Shown here: piece after piece, positions 12,345-27,250 of the stretch
How positions within the stretch are numbered: position 1 is the stretch's first letter
Layout: each line of letters opens with the position of its first letter
Position numbers and translations under genes: made by a program
Source: Octopus sinensis
Lineage: Eukaryota
DNA length: 64,000 nucleotides
Direction: 5' to 3'
Assembly: GCF_006345805.1 (NCBI RefSeq)
Contig: NC_042998.1
Coordinates: 8,184,001 to 8,248,000, forward strand
Notes under the pieces: generated by a model
Seen by the model: the letters and a program-made list of their open reading frames with translations, nothing else
The model's database searches: none
What the model was told of the DNA's origin: nothing

Positions 12345-12530
12345 GTGTTTCTCACCCCAACATCGCTTCACAACCGATGCTGGTGTGATTACGTCCCCGT
12401 AACTTAGAGGTTCGGCAAAAGAGACCGATAAAATAAGTACTAGACTTACAAAGAATAAGTCCTGGATCGATTTGCTCGTCTAAAGGCGGTGCTCCAGCAT
12501 GGCCACAGTCAAATGACTGAAACAAGAAAA
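12345..12530 (+). mobile_element. SINE family C, 3' half
   Basis: Matches the 3' halves of 22690-23085 and 61691-62080 (CAACCGATGCTGGTGTG...CAGTCAAATGACTGAAACAAG). Confidence 0.8.
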
Positions 12531-12534
12531 AAAG

Positions 12535-12583
<49 letters not shown>

Positions 12584-13679
12584 TATATATATTAGTGTAA
12601 TAAATAAAATATATGCATACATACATACATATATGTACGTACCTACATCTACATGTATATATACATGCATATATAAATATATATACGTGAGTACAGGACA
12701 CCACAATTAGACGTAGAACTAAAGGAGAAACGAAAAACGAAAACGAAAAAGTAAAAACAAGCAGGGAACTGACCATTTTTTAAAGAACGAAAAAACAGGG
12801 TACAAGACAAACTACACAGGAAAAATCCCCTTCATCAGCTGTCCCTAGTTCAACTCCAGCGTGTTCCTGAGCGCCCTCGCGTCGATTCGATTCGATTCGT
12901 TTCGTTTCGTTTCGTTTCTTCTTCTTCTCTAAGCCAGTTTTATATATATATATTATATCCATTTAAAAGAAGAAAAGAAAAGGGAGATAAGGAAGTTGAA
13001 AATTGTTATTATTAACAAATTGATCATCTTCGCTTCTTGCAGCCGTTTCAATTAATGCTTAATAATTTAATTACAATTTTGTACATTAAATTTACATTTA
13101 TGTGACATGAATATAATTTCATCAGAGAAAACAAAAAGATGTACCTTCAGATGTTATATTTGGGCAACACCCAATGGTACGTCTATATTTATAAAATTAT
13201 ATACTTTGAATTAATTTTTACCTAAATGATTTATAACATGGTAGATATTTGATAAAACCCTATATAGATTTTTATTATTATTATGTTTTGGTTTTGCTTT
13301 AATTTATACGAGTTACACCCGAGTCTCAACCAGGGAGCCTAGGAACAACAAGGTTTTGCCTCTAAAGATGCTAATGTGCGAGATCTCATGTAATTGAGAA
13401 CGCTAACGTGGGAAAAAGATAACGAAAAACAGAGTAAAGTTGAATTTACATGGAGAGGATTTTATGCGAACTATTTGAAGTACACATACGTATGTTCTTT
13501 TGTAATTCATTTATATTGAACTATCAGGGATTTGCTCTACAAATTTGTTTGCTGCTCTTCATATCATTCCAAGTGCTCTAATAATTAGGTAATGTTGTTG
13601 CTTTGAAATACCACTTCCTTTTGATTTCAATCCCCAGGACCTTATATTTGCTCAGTTTTCAAATGTTTTCAGAGTTTTG

Positions 13680-13751
<72 letters not shown>

Positions 13752-13763
13752 TATTATTATTAT

Positions 13764-13795
<32 letters not shown>

Positions 13796-13843
13796 CTATC
13801 ATTATAATTATCATTATTATTATTATTACCATTATTATTATTA

Positions 13844-13883
<40 letters not shown>

Positions 13884-14060
13884 GAGTGAGAGAGCAGTTC
13901 ATGCCATCAAAGTGACACTGGGGTAAATATACGAAGCCCAATATACCATCATGACTACCCGTCTGATAAAGGTACACCAGGCACATGCATCACAACCATA
14001 TGTGCGCGACATGGTGATCTCATATCATATTATTATTATTATTACTATTATTATTATTAT

Positions 14061-14092
<32 letters not shown>

Positions 14093-14265
14093 CTATCATT
14101 ATAATTATCATTATTATTATTATTACCATTATTATTATTATTATTATTATTATTACTCCGAGGTCAACTCGGAATGCCTTTCATCTTTTCGGGGTCGACA
14201 AATAAAGTACCAGGGATACATTGGAGTTGATGCAATCGACTAATTCCCTCTCGAAATTTTCAGGC

Positions 14266-14297
<32 letters not shown>

Positions 14298-14328
14298 TAT
14301 TATTATTATTATTATTATTACCATTATG

Positions 14329-14395
<67 letters not shown>

Positions 14396-14420
14396 TTCTT
14401 CTTCTACTACTACTACTACT
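13680..14420. repeat. (ATT)n microsatellite tracts containing a fragment of the 550-bp repeat (13883-14028) and a SINE B fragment
   Basis: Long ATT runs. 13883-14028 matches the start of 25246-25795. Confidence 0.9.
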
Positions 14421-15119
14421 ACTACTACTTCTTATCAATGTCGTTGTCATTTGAAATTTGAGAAATAAATCACGAGTTTTCGTTTGTAGATAATAATTAA
14501 GAAAAAAATATATTGGTGAAGTCGCAGAGAAACGTTTAAGGCTAACAAAGATATTCATGGGGGCCGAAAAATGTCCAAGTCCAACAGAAACTTTTTCATA
14601 GATAGCATATATTGAAGTTATCAGGGTTAACAAATTTGTTCAAGGCTGACGAAAACTTCAGATGTAATAAACGCCCTTCAAACATTTACTAACCCTGGTA
14701 TTGATATCTTCTGGAACGTGGTTATTAGTAATTTGCCTTATTCGTAATTTGACAATGTTCTTACATAAATGGTAGTGCATTCCTCCAATTGTGCCAATTA
14801 TAAATAGGATGATAAACACATTCCTTAACTGACTTAATGTTTCTAGGTTGGAAGTAATTCCTTAGTTTTTTCAGTTCACCTCTACACAACATTATAATCA
14901 GTTGGTATTTCTATGTCGCTAATAATTATGCAATTGTCATTTTTTGTCATGGGCAATGATTTCACGTTTGTTATTTGCTATATGGTGTTCTGCTTCTATG
15001 CTAGAATTTTTCTAGCGTCATTTACTAAGAGAGAGAGAAAGATTCTTTTTTTCTAAAAGTATTAGGAATTTGGTATCTAGACGTATGTGGACCAGTGTTA
15101 AAATGCTAGGGCACCTTCT

Positions 15120-15383
15120 CGGGGAAAAATGGTAAAGTACCTTTTCGAGTCGTGCCGACTCATAAGGGCCAATTTGCCCGGTTTCCATGGCGTGCAAATT
15201 TCCCACCTGCACAGAACGCCGGTCCGTCGCCGGATTACTCATTTTTGCCACCTGAGTGGACTGGAGCAACGTGAAGTGAAGTGTTTTGCTCAAGAACACA
15301 ACGAATCACCCGGTCCAGTAATCGATACCACAATCTTACGATCATGAGTCCAGCACTCTAACCACTAAGCCACGCGCCTCCAC
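15120..15383 (-). mobile_element. tRNA-derived SINE, family A-related head with a different body
   Basis: Minus-strand head GTGGAGGCGCGTGGCTTAGTGGTTAGAGTGCTGGACTCATGATCGTAAG. Confidence 0.7.
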
Positions 15384-16159
15384 AGTGTACCTTCCTATAG
15401 TGGCAAGAATCTCTTAAGTGAGCTGAACTACAGAAGTTCTTTAGAGAAGAAACCCTACTCACATAAGTGTTTCGGCCCTTAAATTCTTACACTCTTGGGT
15501 AAGCCTGGTCGCATCCAGGTCATGACTTCTAGGTGCCCTTCGGCTGACACTTTTTAGCCACTTGGATATCGGAGATTAGTGTTTGGAGATTTAATCTTGC
15601 TGGAACTGCAATCCGTTGACTCAATTTTCAAATATATACTTAAATAAAAAAAAAAACGTTGGATGTCATGAAAGCGGCGAAATATTATAGTGAAATAATT
15701 TTAAAAGCGCGTAAATCATGAAATCCATTTATTGTTTTACAAGAACAAAACAAATAAATAAAATACGCGAGTCAAATGCTAAATTTATTCTCTATGACGT
15801 CATGATATTTTTAATCGCAGGCTCCGGATCAAACTACACTTCTGAAAGAAAAACTGAAGTATGGTGAAATCATTATCTAAGCTGCAATACTTCACTTCAT
15901 AAAATAGATGTTTATCTCAGACTTTCGAAATGCTAATAGAATCAATTTCACCTCGTCCGCTAACAAACACACAACTCGTTAACAACAGCTCTATTCTTCC
16001 CAAACTTACAAACTAACCACGTAATACTTTTTTTTTTTCAACGACAACAAGCGCTTTCTAGACTTTACAAATATCAAGCACGAACTGATATAGGATTAAT
16101 GAACCGGCTGTCGGCTTCTATTTTTATATAAATTTGTCCTTTAATATACAACAACGGTC

Positions 16160-16600
16160 GATAAAGACGATGAGCCGAGCAAAATACTTAGCGACATTTC
16201 GGTCGTCTTTATGTTCTGAGTTCAAATTTCGCCGATGCAGATTTTGCATTCCATTCTCTCGAGCTCGATAAAATAAATATCAGTCGAGTACTAGTGGCGA
16301 TGTGATCGATGTACTTCCCCTCTCCAAAATTGCTGGCCTCGTGCCAAAAGTTGAAACCAATATAAAGTGGTCGATTAAGCACTAGTCAAGTACTGGGGTC
16401 AATGTAATTGACTTACACCCTCCTTTCTCAACATTTCTGGCCTTGTGCAAAAATTTGAAATCTATATACAATGATCGATATAAGCGGTGATCCTGATAAA
16501 ATGTTTAACAACATTTCGTCTGTTTTCACATTCTGTAATTGACCAACCCACTTCTCGAAATTACTGGCCTTGTGACATAATATGAAACCATGATACTGTT
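16160..16600 (+). mobile_element. tandem decayed SINE family B fragments
   Basis: Three progressively degraded repeats ending in TGGCCT(C/T)GTG...TGAAA(C/T)C. Confidence 0.55.
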
Positions 16601-17235
16601 GTCGATTGTTAGAAACTTACTAGCAAAATTATTAGAGCGTCGAAAAGCTGCTTTTATGATAATTGTTCCAACTCTTTACATTCTCAATACAAATATTACC
16701 GTGATCAACTTTGTCTTTGATTCCTTCACTATTGATTAAATACAATGCCAATCAAGAATTGGATCGATGGTATCGTCTAATTGCCGGTTTGTGCCTCAAT
16801 GAAAAATAAAATATACTGTGGTCGATTGGCACATTATGCAAGAACCTCAGATAAAATACCTTGAAATATTTGTATTCCAAGTTCAAAGTCCCCAGAAGTC
16901 GGTTATGCTTCAGCCTTCCACCTTTAGTGAAGTAAGCATCAGTGTTGTACTGATTGACTGGGTTCCCAGTGTTATATTTTATGACTCACTACTTGGTTTG
17001 TGGAAAATGGATAAGATTATGCGGTATTCATCATTTTCCAGTTTTATCGAAGAAAATTAAATGTAAAAAAAAAACATGGGTTTAAAAGAACGCACTTGTT
17101 GACAAGAGCTGAAATATTTGTGCAACCATGTCACTCCAAGTTTGGTACCATTGTGTTAAGTTGATCAGTGCCTTGAGAATGAAATTAGATACATCAAACT
17201 GCCGCTAATTTCCACCATGAACACATACAGACGTG

Positions 17236-17283
<48 letters not shown>

Positions 17284-17364
17284 ATTATGTTACACATTTT
17301 CCAAGTTTGTCGAGGTGTCCTTCTTTTGGACAGTGTATGTTCTCACACAAACACTGTAGTCGTG

Positions 17365-17590
17365 AGCTGGCAGAAACGTTAGCGCGCCGGGCGAAATGCT
17401 TAACGGTAGTTCGTCTGACGTTACGTTCTGAGTTCAAATTCCGCCGAGGTAGACTTTGCCTTTCATCCTTTCGGGATCGATAAATAAAGTACCAATTTCG
17501 CACTGGGGTCGATGTAATCGACTTAATCCGTTTGTCTGTCCTTGTTTGTCCCCTCTATGTTTAGCCCCTTGTGGATAGTAAAGAAATATA
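17365..17590 (+). mobile_element. SINE family B
   Basis: GAGCTGGCAGAAACGTTAGCGCGCCGGGCGAAATG...GCCCCTTGTGGATAGTAAAGAAAT. Confidence 0.85.
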
Positions 17591-17778
17591 TATATATATT
17601 AAACCCCAAACGAAGAAGGAAGAGAATAAACGGAGTAATGCCTCTTCTTGGACATTGAAATGTTTGGTATTACTTTTCAGAGAAAAAGGCAGAGTGATGT
17701 TACATCGCACATCGAGCGCTATGTGTGTACGTGTGCGTGTGTGTGTGCGCGCGTGTGTGTGTGTGTGTGGTGGGTGTT

Positions 17779-17830
<52 letters not shown>

Positions 17831-17959
17831 ATGCGTGTATGTGTGTGTGTGTGATATTTTAGGCTTCAAAATCTATTGTAGTATTCTCTAATGGCTTTTT
17901 GTCCAAATATCTGGCATCGTGATTCGGGAATAGCTACAGTAACTAAATATGCACAGACA

Positions 17960-18124
17960 CATATACATGTACACACACACACACACACACACACAAACAT
18001 ATATATATATATATATATATATACAGACGCAACATTCATACACACACACACAATATACACATACATACATACATACATACATACATACATACATACATAC
18101 ATACATACATACATAAATACATAC

Positions 18125-18155
<31 letters not shown>

Positions 18156-18612
18156 CACACATACATAAATACATACATACATGCATGCACGCATACATAC
18201 ATACATACATACATACATACATACAAACATACATACATACATACATACATGCATGCACGCATACATACATACATACATACATACATACATACATACATAC
18301 ATACATACATACATACATACATACATACATACATACATACTTACATACATACTTACATATATACATACATACTTACATACATACATACATATACATACAT
18401 CTACTTACATACATACATACATACATACATACAATACATACATACATACATACGTACTACATACAACATACATATATACATACAAAACTTACATACATAC
18501 ATACATATATACATACATACATACATACATACATACTACATACATACAAACATACATACATACATACTACATACATACATACATACATACATACATACAT
18601 ACATACATACAT
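17960..18612. repeat. (TACA)n / (CA)n / (TA)n compound microsatellite
   Basis: Direct inspection; it accounts for the YIHT/MYVC ORFs. Confidence 0.97.
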
Positions 18613-18829
18613 GCCTATCTGTACAGACTTATGCACAACGCTTTACAAGTCGTTTTGTGCGTGAGTATTATGCACTTCGATGTTTACATAAAAAGGCAGA
18701 AAGCAGCCTCTACCCAACATAGTCTTCAACAAATGGTATGTGTGCGTACATATCAGAGCGGACTGGAAATTTCTGCATTGCAATATAACGGCCGGCCGAG
18801 TTGCCTCCTCTTATTTAGATGCTCTCTAG

Positions 18830-19210
18830 GTGGAGGCGCGATGGCCCAGTGGTTAGGGCAGCGGCCTCGCGGTCATAGGATCGCGGTTTCGATTCCCAGA
18901 CCGGGCGTTGTGAGTGTTTATTGAGCGAAAGCACCTAAAGCTCCACGAGGCTCCGGCAGGGGATGGTGGTGATCCCTGCTGTACTCTTTCACCACAACTT
19001 TCTCTCACTCTTACTTCCTGTTTCTGTTGTACCTGTATTTCAAGGGGCCGGCCTTGTCACTCTGTGTCACGCTGAATATCCTCGAGAACTACGTTAAGGG
19101 TGCACATGTCTGTGGAGTGCTCAGCCACTTACACGTTAATTTCACGAGCAGGCTGTTCCGTTGATCGGATCAACCGGAACCCTCGCCGTCGTAACCGACG
19201 GAGTGCTTCC
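18830..19210 (+). mobile_element. SINE family A
   Basis: Full-length copy. TSD AGATG(C/T)TCTCTAG at 18817-18829 and 19211-19223. Confidence 0.9.
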
Positions 19211-19386
19211 AGATGTTCTCTAGACATTTAGTGTATCTTCCGAGAACGAGAAAATGGCTATCAGAAATATTAATTAGGTCGATATGATTAACGAAATCCC
19301 TTAAAGACAGTCCCTCGGCATGACGCAAATGAAAGAAGAGATGTCCTGTAGCCGAGCTATGTTTTATGATTCACTTAATTACTTTA

Positions 19387-19707
19387 AGGCGCGTGGTTTA
19401 GTGGTTATGGTGTTTTGCTCCCAATCGTAAGATCGTGAGTTCGAATACCAGTGGCGCATTGTGTCCTTGATCAAGACACTTTATTTCACTTTATTGCTCC
19501 AGTTCACTCAACTGACAACAATGAGTAGTACCTATATTTCAGAGGGTCAGCCTTGTCGTATTCTGTGTCACGCTGAATCTTCCTGAGAACTACGTTAAGT
19601 GTACACGAGTCTGTGGAGTGCTCAGCCACTTGCACGTTAATTTCACGAGTAGGCTGTTCCGTTGATTCGGATCGACTGGAACCCTCGTCATCATAACCGA
19701 AGGAGCG
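19387..19707 (+). mobile_element. SINE family A, diverged subfamily
   Basis: tRNA-like head and the same 3' body (GTGGAGTGCTCAGCCACTTGCACGTTAATTTCACGAG). Confidence 0.75.
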
Positions 19708-20214
19708 CCGGTTATAATATCTTTAAATTCTGTACAAATATAGTGAAGGAATCGTTTTACTTTACGCAGTCGCAGCGAAAGAGACAAAAAAATGTGTTGA
19801 AAAATAACATTAAAGGAAACTAGACTAGTGTATGTAATTCAAGAACAAAAAGACGTTTATCATTTTAATTATGAAACGAGATAAGATAAATATTACTACG
19901 AGAACGAGAACGAAAACGAGAACGGCGGACAGTGATACGACAACTGGTGATGATGAAAACATATACGAGGTTTATGCTATGATAGATGATAGGTGTGGAG
20001 ATGGGGGGGATGGGGGGAAGAGGAGATAATGAGCGTTACAGTTACAGTTGCTTGGCATATAGGGTTGTTTGAGCTCAGTGGCACGACAGAATGTTGACGC
20101 CGCCGTCACCGCCTCTGCTGTCGCTGTCGGGGCTGCCGTCGCCATTGGCGACAATGGCGACGACGATGGGGGAAAATGATAACGAGATGGTGTAGAAATA
20201 AGAAAACGTTAACA

Positions 20215-20247
20215 GTGGTGGTGGTGGTGGTGGTGGTGGTGGTGGGG

Positions 20248-20279
<32 letters not shown>

Positions 20280-20630
20280 GATGATGATGGTGATGGTGAT
20301 GGTGATGAAGATGATGATGATGATGGTGATGGTGATGGTGATGATGATGATGATAATGATGGTGATGGTGGTGGTGGTGGTGGTGGTGGTGGTGGAGGTG
20401 GTGATGATGATGATGATCGGTTGGGGGTGGTAGCGACGGCGGCGGTGGTGGTGGTGGTGGTGGTAGCGTTGACGAAGACAGCCATGACGACCACGACGAT
20501 GATGACAATGTTAAGGAGGCAGAGGTGGACAATGATCGTGACGGCGACGGCGACGGCAACAGCGACGCCAATGATGACGACGATGACGATGATGACGATG
20601 ATGACGATAATCGGTGGATGGAAGGATGGA
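20215..20630. repeat. (GGT)n/(GAT)n/(GAC)n trinucleotide low-complexity tract
   Basis: Direct inspection. Confidence 0.92.
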
Positions 20631-21052
20631 TGGATGGAAGGATGACAAAGACCAATCACGATGTTGAAAATCAATACTGTCGATCGATGGCGAAAATATA
20701 ACAAACTCTTTAAAAAAAAAAAATTGGTAGCGATGCTGATGATGATAATCATGTTGAACGAGAACGGGGGGGGGGCGGGAAGAAAGAAATTGAAAGAGAA
20801 ACGAGAGAATAGGAACAACGATGGAATGAAGATAGTCGTGGCATGAATCTTGGTATTATCGGGTAATGCTGAGTATTTCAAAGAGGAAATGAAACATGAG
20901 ATTCGCCCCAAATAATAACAGTAGTATGTAGTAACTGCAGTTTTCAATTAGCAATATCCATTTTGCAGAGGAAATACTTAGATACTTACAGACACATTTT
21001 ACACTTTTACACACATGCATGGAAATATGTATACATACATACACACACACAC

Positions 21053-21087
<35 letters not shown>

Positions 21088-21190
21088 CGTGTGCATGTAT
21101 GTCTGTGTGTTAAACTGCTAGTAACTATATATAAAATTGATGCTCGGTATTTCCACATGTAATTAGTTGCATTTATCAAATTTACCTATT

Positions 21191-21232
<42 letters not shown>

Positions 21233-22289
21233 CTTGTATATATTTTGAATACATACATTTGTCGAGGAGCAACAATTTTAATTATAGTTAATAATTTAAT
21301 CATATAACCACAAAATTATTGCAACTGGTAATGATCTTTCTTTTTTTTTTTCCTTTCGTTATTTCTTCTCCATTCTAAGGAAACTGCTTGCGTTTAATTC
21401 TTAATGCAGAGGAAACTTGCATTATTAAAGTGCATTAATTTCCTGTGATTTTGCGCAAACTTCGCATCTTTTAACTTAAAATAAAATCCGTCTTGCTTAC
21501 TCAACGTTATGCAAGCTCTTTTTTCATATGGTATACTTATGCCATGAAATCACTAAGAAAATATCCGTTAAACTTAGATTGAATACCAAAATATATCTTA
21601 GTACATTCTAGGCGTAATACTATCTCAGTTGCACTTCATTCACAGTGAATTATCTTTTTCTATTATTATAGGTTTTGCAAATTGTAACATTATCCAATCA
21701 TTGTTAATTTTCAAGCATATTTTCACTTTCCGCCCCCAGGCTTAGGAGCAATGTCTAATGATACTCAATGAAATTCGATGTTATATAAACCACGTACCGC
21801 ATATCAAATATATATATATTTGTACTTCAAATGTATTGCATATATACTGAGGTTCTGCATGTATGAAAATATGTATTTGTGGAGTGATAGGGTTGGCTTG
21901 GTGTAAATAAAAATATGAAATGTAATTCTCTGGCGTATTATCAAATTCCATACAAGGTAAATATGTAATTTTACAACTGAATGCAAACACACTTACCACA
22001 GCTCGAGTGGTATATACACAGACACAGATAAAATTCTCACACCTAAGTACATGTAAATAAATATATATCTGTTCTGGTATTGGTTTTCTATACATTATCA
22101 AAAGTGCGTTTTGCGTTTTGTGCCAAAAGCCAATCTGAATTTCCCTCATGGTAAATACCACAGTGTGGTTTGTTCTAACAGTACATCCACGCTTAAGTGG
22201 ATATAAACATATCTTTCGCTATTAATACTGCCTCTGTATATATGTGTATATATATATATATATACATATTCTTTTAAATCTTTTATCTG

Positions 22290-22640
22290 TTTCAGTCATT
22301 TAACTACTGCCATGCTGGAGTCCAGCCTTTTAGTCACAGAAATCGACCCCAGGACTTACTCTTATAGGCCTGGTACTTATTCTATCGTTTTCTTTGCTGA
22401 AGCGCTAAGTTACGGGGACGTAACCACACCAGCATCGGTTGTTAAGCGATGGCGGGGGACAAACACACACACACACATATATATATAATCAAAGGGATTC
22501 TTACAGTTTCCGTCGACCAAATCTACACAAAGGGCTTTGGTCAGCTGAGGCTATAGTAGAAGACACTTGCCCAAGGTGCCACGCTGGGGGACTGTACCTG
22601 GAACTATGTGGTGGGGAAGCAAGCTTTTCACCACACCGCC
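22290..22640 (-). mobile_element. SINE family C (tRNA-like head, CORE-like CCTTGGGCAAG segment, internal microsatellite)
   Basis: Reverse complement of 22690-23085. Confidence 0.8.
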
Positions 22641-22689
22641 ACATAAATGAGAGAGAGGCGTAGAGGGATCGAAACATATGACAGACATG

Positions 22690-23085
22690 CTGAGTGGCTG
22701 TATGGTAAGTAGCTTGCTTACCAACCACATGGTTCCGAGTTCAGTCCCACTGCGGGCATTTTGGGCAAGTGTCCTCTGCTATAGCCCCAGGCCGACCAAT
22801 GCCTTGTGAGTGGATTTGGTAGACAGAAACTGAAAGAAGCCTGTCGTATATATGTATATATATATATATATATATATGTTTGTGTGTTTGTGTGTTTGTG
22901 TTTGTCCCCCTAGCATTGCTTGACAACCGATGCTGGTGTGTTTACGTCCCCGTCACTTAGCGGTTCGAAAAAAAGAGACCGATAGAATAAGTACTTGGCT
23001 TACAAAGAATAAGTCCCGGGGTCGATTTGTTCGACTAAAAGCGGTGCTCCAGCATGGCCGCAGTCAAATGACCGAAACAAGTAAA
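22690..23085 (+). mobile_element. SINE family C
   Basis: Head GAGTGGCTGTATGGTAAG...GAGTTCAGTCCCAC, internal (TA)n(TG)n, tail GACCGAAACAAGTAAAAG. Confidence 0.85.
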
Positions 23086-23305
23086 AGAGAAAAGAGTATA
23101 ATACATGATATGTATTTGCGCGTATGTGTATGCGTGCGCGTATGTGTATGCGTGCGCGTGTGTGTGTGAGAGAGAGAGAGAGTGTGTGTGTGTGTGTCTG
23201 CGCGTGTGTGAGGTGCAAGCATGAATGTATATACATACATACACGTACGTCGACACATACATACATACACACATTTATGCGTGGGTGATTGCGCGCGTGC
23301 GTGTG

Positions 23306-23364
<59 letters not shown>

Positions 23365-23753
23365 TTTATCATTTAGTCAGGAAGAACACCCAAGAATTGG
23401 AAAGCATCTCAGCACCTGAATACTAATCAACTCTGTAGCATGTCAAACAGTTCGTTCTACGACTGTTTGGATTTCATCTACACACACAGACGTAATCTTC
23501 ATACTGATCCAGGAAAAGGCCTGGCAAACATCCACTATATACTAAATGATTCTCCCAAAGGGGTTTTTTTTTTGTCGATTAAGGGTTTCCTTATGGATGT
23601 TGATATAAAAAGGTTCAACTTGATATTAAATCTCTGCATTCAAAATAGTCAAAGTACGCTTTCACACTCTCTAGCCATTCCACTGCGCCCTAAATTTCAT
23701 GAACACTCCCACACAAGTGCAAAAGATGCCCGGACTCATACACACGCACACCC

Positions 23754-23821
<68 letters not shown>

Positions 23822-23839
23822 ATATTTCTTTCTTTCTTT

Positions 23840-24015
23840 TTCTTTTACTTGTTTCAGTCATTTGACTGCGGCCATGCTGGAGCACCACCTTTAGTCGAGC
23901 AACTCGACCCAGGGACTTATTCTTTGTACGCCCAGTACTTATTCTATCGGTCTCTTTTTGCCGAACCGCTAAGTGACGGGGACGTAAACACACCAGCATC
24001 GGTTGTCAAACACAA

Positions 24016-24054
<39 letters not shown>

Positions 24055-24210
24055 CGACAGGCTTCTTTCAGTTTCCGTCTACCAAATCCACTCACAAGAT
24101 ATTGGTTGGCCCGGGGCTATAGCAGAAGACACTTGCCCAAGATGCCGTGGGACTGAACCCGGAACCATGTGGTTGGTAAGCAAGCTACTTACCACACAGC
24201 CACTCCTGCG
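23840..24210 (-). mobile_element. SINE family C
   Basis: Reverse complement of 22690-23085 and 61691-62080. Confidence 0.85.
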
Positions 24211-24422
24211 CCTATATATACATATATATATATATATACATATATATAGAATGTGTGTGTATACGGGCGCATGTGTGAGTGACTATGTTCGCATGTCTAT
24301 AACATATACCTTGTGGTATTCGTTTCGGCTCCACCCTCTTAAGGTTTAAATCCCACCGAGATCGAATTTAGTTTCCTTTTTCATTCTTTCGGAGATAAAA
24401 TAGCAATCCAGTACTGAGGTCT

Positions 24423-24881
24423 ATTTCTTCTTCTTCTTCTTCTTCTTCTTCTTCTTCTTCTTCTTCTTCTTCTTCTTCTTCTCCTTCTTCTTCTCCTTCT
24501 TCTTCTTCTTTTTCTATTCTTCTTCTTCTTCTTCTTCTCCTTCTTCTTCTTTTTCTATTCTTCTTCTTCTTCTTCTTCTCTTCTTCTTCTTCTTTTCTTC
24601 TTCTTCTTCTTCTCTTTCTCTTCTTCGTTCTCCTCCTCCTCTTCTTTTTCTCTTCTTCTTCTCCTTCTTCTTCATTCTCCTTCTTCTCCTTCTTCTTCTT
24701 CTTCTTCTTCTTCTTCTTCTCCTCCTCCTCCTCCTCCTTCTCCTTCATTCTCCTTCGTTCTCCTTCTTCTTCATTCTTCTTCTTCTCCGTCTTCTTCTTT
24801 TTCTCTTCTTCTTCCCCTCCTCATCCTCTTCTTTTTCTCTTCTTCTTCTTCTTCTTCTTATTATTATTATTATTATTATTA

Positions 24882-24916
<35 letters not shown>

Positions 24917-24918
24917 TA

Positions 24919-24969
<51 letters not shown>

Positions 24970-24986
24970 CATCATCATCATCATTA

Positions 24987-25030
<44 letters not shown>

Positions 25031-25048
25031 TATTATCATTATTATATT
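24423..25048. repeat. (CTT)n followed by (ATT)n microsatellite
   Basis: Direct inspection; it accounts for the poly-E/K ORF. Confidence 0.97.
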
Positions 25049-25245
25049 AGATCTTAGCGGCATTTCGTCCGTCTCCACGTTCTGCGTTCAAATTCCGCCG
25101 TGGTCGTCTTTACTATTCAGCCTTTTAGAGTCGATAAAATAGGTACTAGTTGCGCAATGAGATCGATATAACCGACTTACTCCTTCCCCAGAATTGCTGG
25201 CCTTGTGCCAAAAGTTTGAAATCATTATTATCATTATTATTATCA

Positions 25246-25795
25246 TTGAGTGAGAGAGCAGCGCATGCCATTAAAGTGACACAGGGGTAAAATGTACGAA
25301 GCCCAGTATACCCACCATGATTACTCGTCTGATAAGGGTACACCAGGCATATGCATCACAACCATATGTACGCGATATAGTGATCTCATATTAAGATAAA
25401 CAGTACATGACCTAACAGGTGAGACCCTGTTAGAATTTTCTTCAGCTCGAGTAGCCCATCCCACTCAAAAGGTCCCTGAATAATTGTTGTTTAAGGATGA
25501 TGAATAAAACACCCATGTTTCCAGAGGTGAATTATTCAAACCCCAAAGAATTCCTCTCAACACATAGCTATGATGCTTCCTCACTACTTCTGCTCGTGAT
25601 CAGAGATGCAGATATCCTCAGCCACCAAGAGACATGCTCAACTGGTTAAGGTCAAGCAACAGACAAGCAAATCTGTGGTATTGAGCAGAATATTTGCTGT
25701 AGGCCATCTTTTATAACAAGATAAAACAATGTACAGTTAAGATCAGTTAAGATCAGAAGCCATGAGAGCTACTGCCTGGTTCTGCATCAGGCCAT
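25246..25795. mobile_element. unclassified ~550-bp interspersed repeat embedded in (ATT)n
   Basis: Its first ~145 bp recur at 13883-14028, also inside ATT tracts. No ORF. Confidence 0.6.
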
Positions 25796-26222
<427 letters not shown>

Positions 26223-27250
26223 TGACTTTACACAGCTTCTAACGCTGGAGATGTATTACGGTGTCAGCTTCTCACTACCAGTGAACTAAGGTAACACCTT
26301 TTATTTTTCGAGCACATTCCGCAATATTCGAACCGTTCCAAGCAGTGTTGTTTTCTGCAAGTGCTCCTCCCTCATTGCAGCCCCTATTTCTTCCATGTAC
26401 TTCTCAAGATTCTTACTCACTGTTCCCAAGGCTCCGACAATTATTGGTACTACTACCGCCTTTTTCATCGACTACAACTGCTTAACTTCCCAAGCAAACC
26501 TGTCATATCTATTCACTTTTCTTTCTTCCTTATCGCATACCTTGTTGTCAGCTGGGCATGCTATATCTATGATCCAGCATAGTTTGCCTTCTTTCTCAAT
26601 TAAGACTTTGTCTGGCTTCCTATTCTCAATCTCATGGTCGCACTGAATCATAAAATCCCACAAGATCTTTGGATTATCATTTTCGGTGATGCTTTCGAGT
26701 TTGTGGTCGTACCAATCTTTTGCTCTGTCAAGTCCATAGTTGTTACAAAGTGTCCAATGGACGAGCTTTGCTTTATTGTCGTTGCGTCTCTTATGTTTCT
26801 TCTGGGCTAGTGGCGTACCTTGGCTGGTAATATGCGATAGGGTTTCACCATTTTGTCCACACATTCTGCACTTTTCACTTTCTGCTGTGTTGTCTATTCT
26901 GTATTTTATGTAGTTTGTTCTTAGTGCTTGCTCTTGTGGAGCACAGATTAGAGCTCCCGTTTCTGGTTTTAAATCCCTTTTAGTCATCCACAGCCATCTT
27001 TTTTCTCTGCCTGTCTTATCTTCAACATCCCAATGAAATTGTCCATGCGTTCTTTTCTTTACCCACCTATTTCCAGGTTCATTCGTTTTCAATTGCTTGT
27101 ACAATGCTTTATCTTTGCAATCTTTCATCCTACACAAGCCTGACCTTCCTACGGCTAATAATAGCGGTTCTGTGGAACTTTTATATACCATGATATGTTG
27201 TTTTCTTCTGCTCTAACGCTGTATTCGCATCCAATAAGTCATCTTCCCAG
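26223..27250 (-). mobile_element. R4/Dong-type non-LTR retrotransposon 3' fragment (zinc knuckle plus restriction-like endonuclease)
   Basis: Translation gives LIGCEYSVRAEENNISWYIK, ALICAPQEQALRTNY, CRMC..ETLSHI (degenerate CCHC), ILWDF, RKPDKVLI..IIDIACP (PD-(D/E)xK type), VVPIIVGALG. The 3' end abuts (TAA)n. Confidence 0.85.

Noticed and set aside
12760-12848. Minus-strand GGGACAG-CUGAUGA-AGGGG with a partial stem I partner
   Set aside because: No GAAA after stem II and no stem III, so it cannot be called a hammerhead.
17866-18924. Long ORFs of YIHT/MYVC repeats (also at 12 kb, 28 kb and 50 kb)
   Set aside because: Stop-free reading of (TACA)n and (TA)n microsatellites.
20075-20947. 290-aa, poly-His and poly-Pro/Ser ORFs
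   Set aside because: Translations of GGT/GAT trinucleotide repeats; no evidence of coding.
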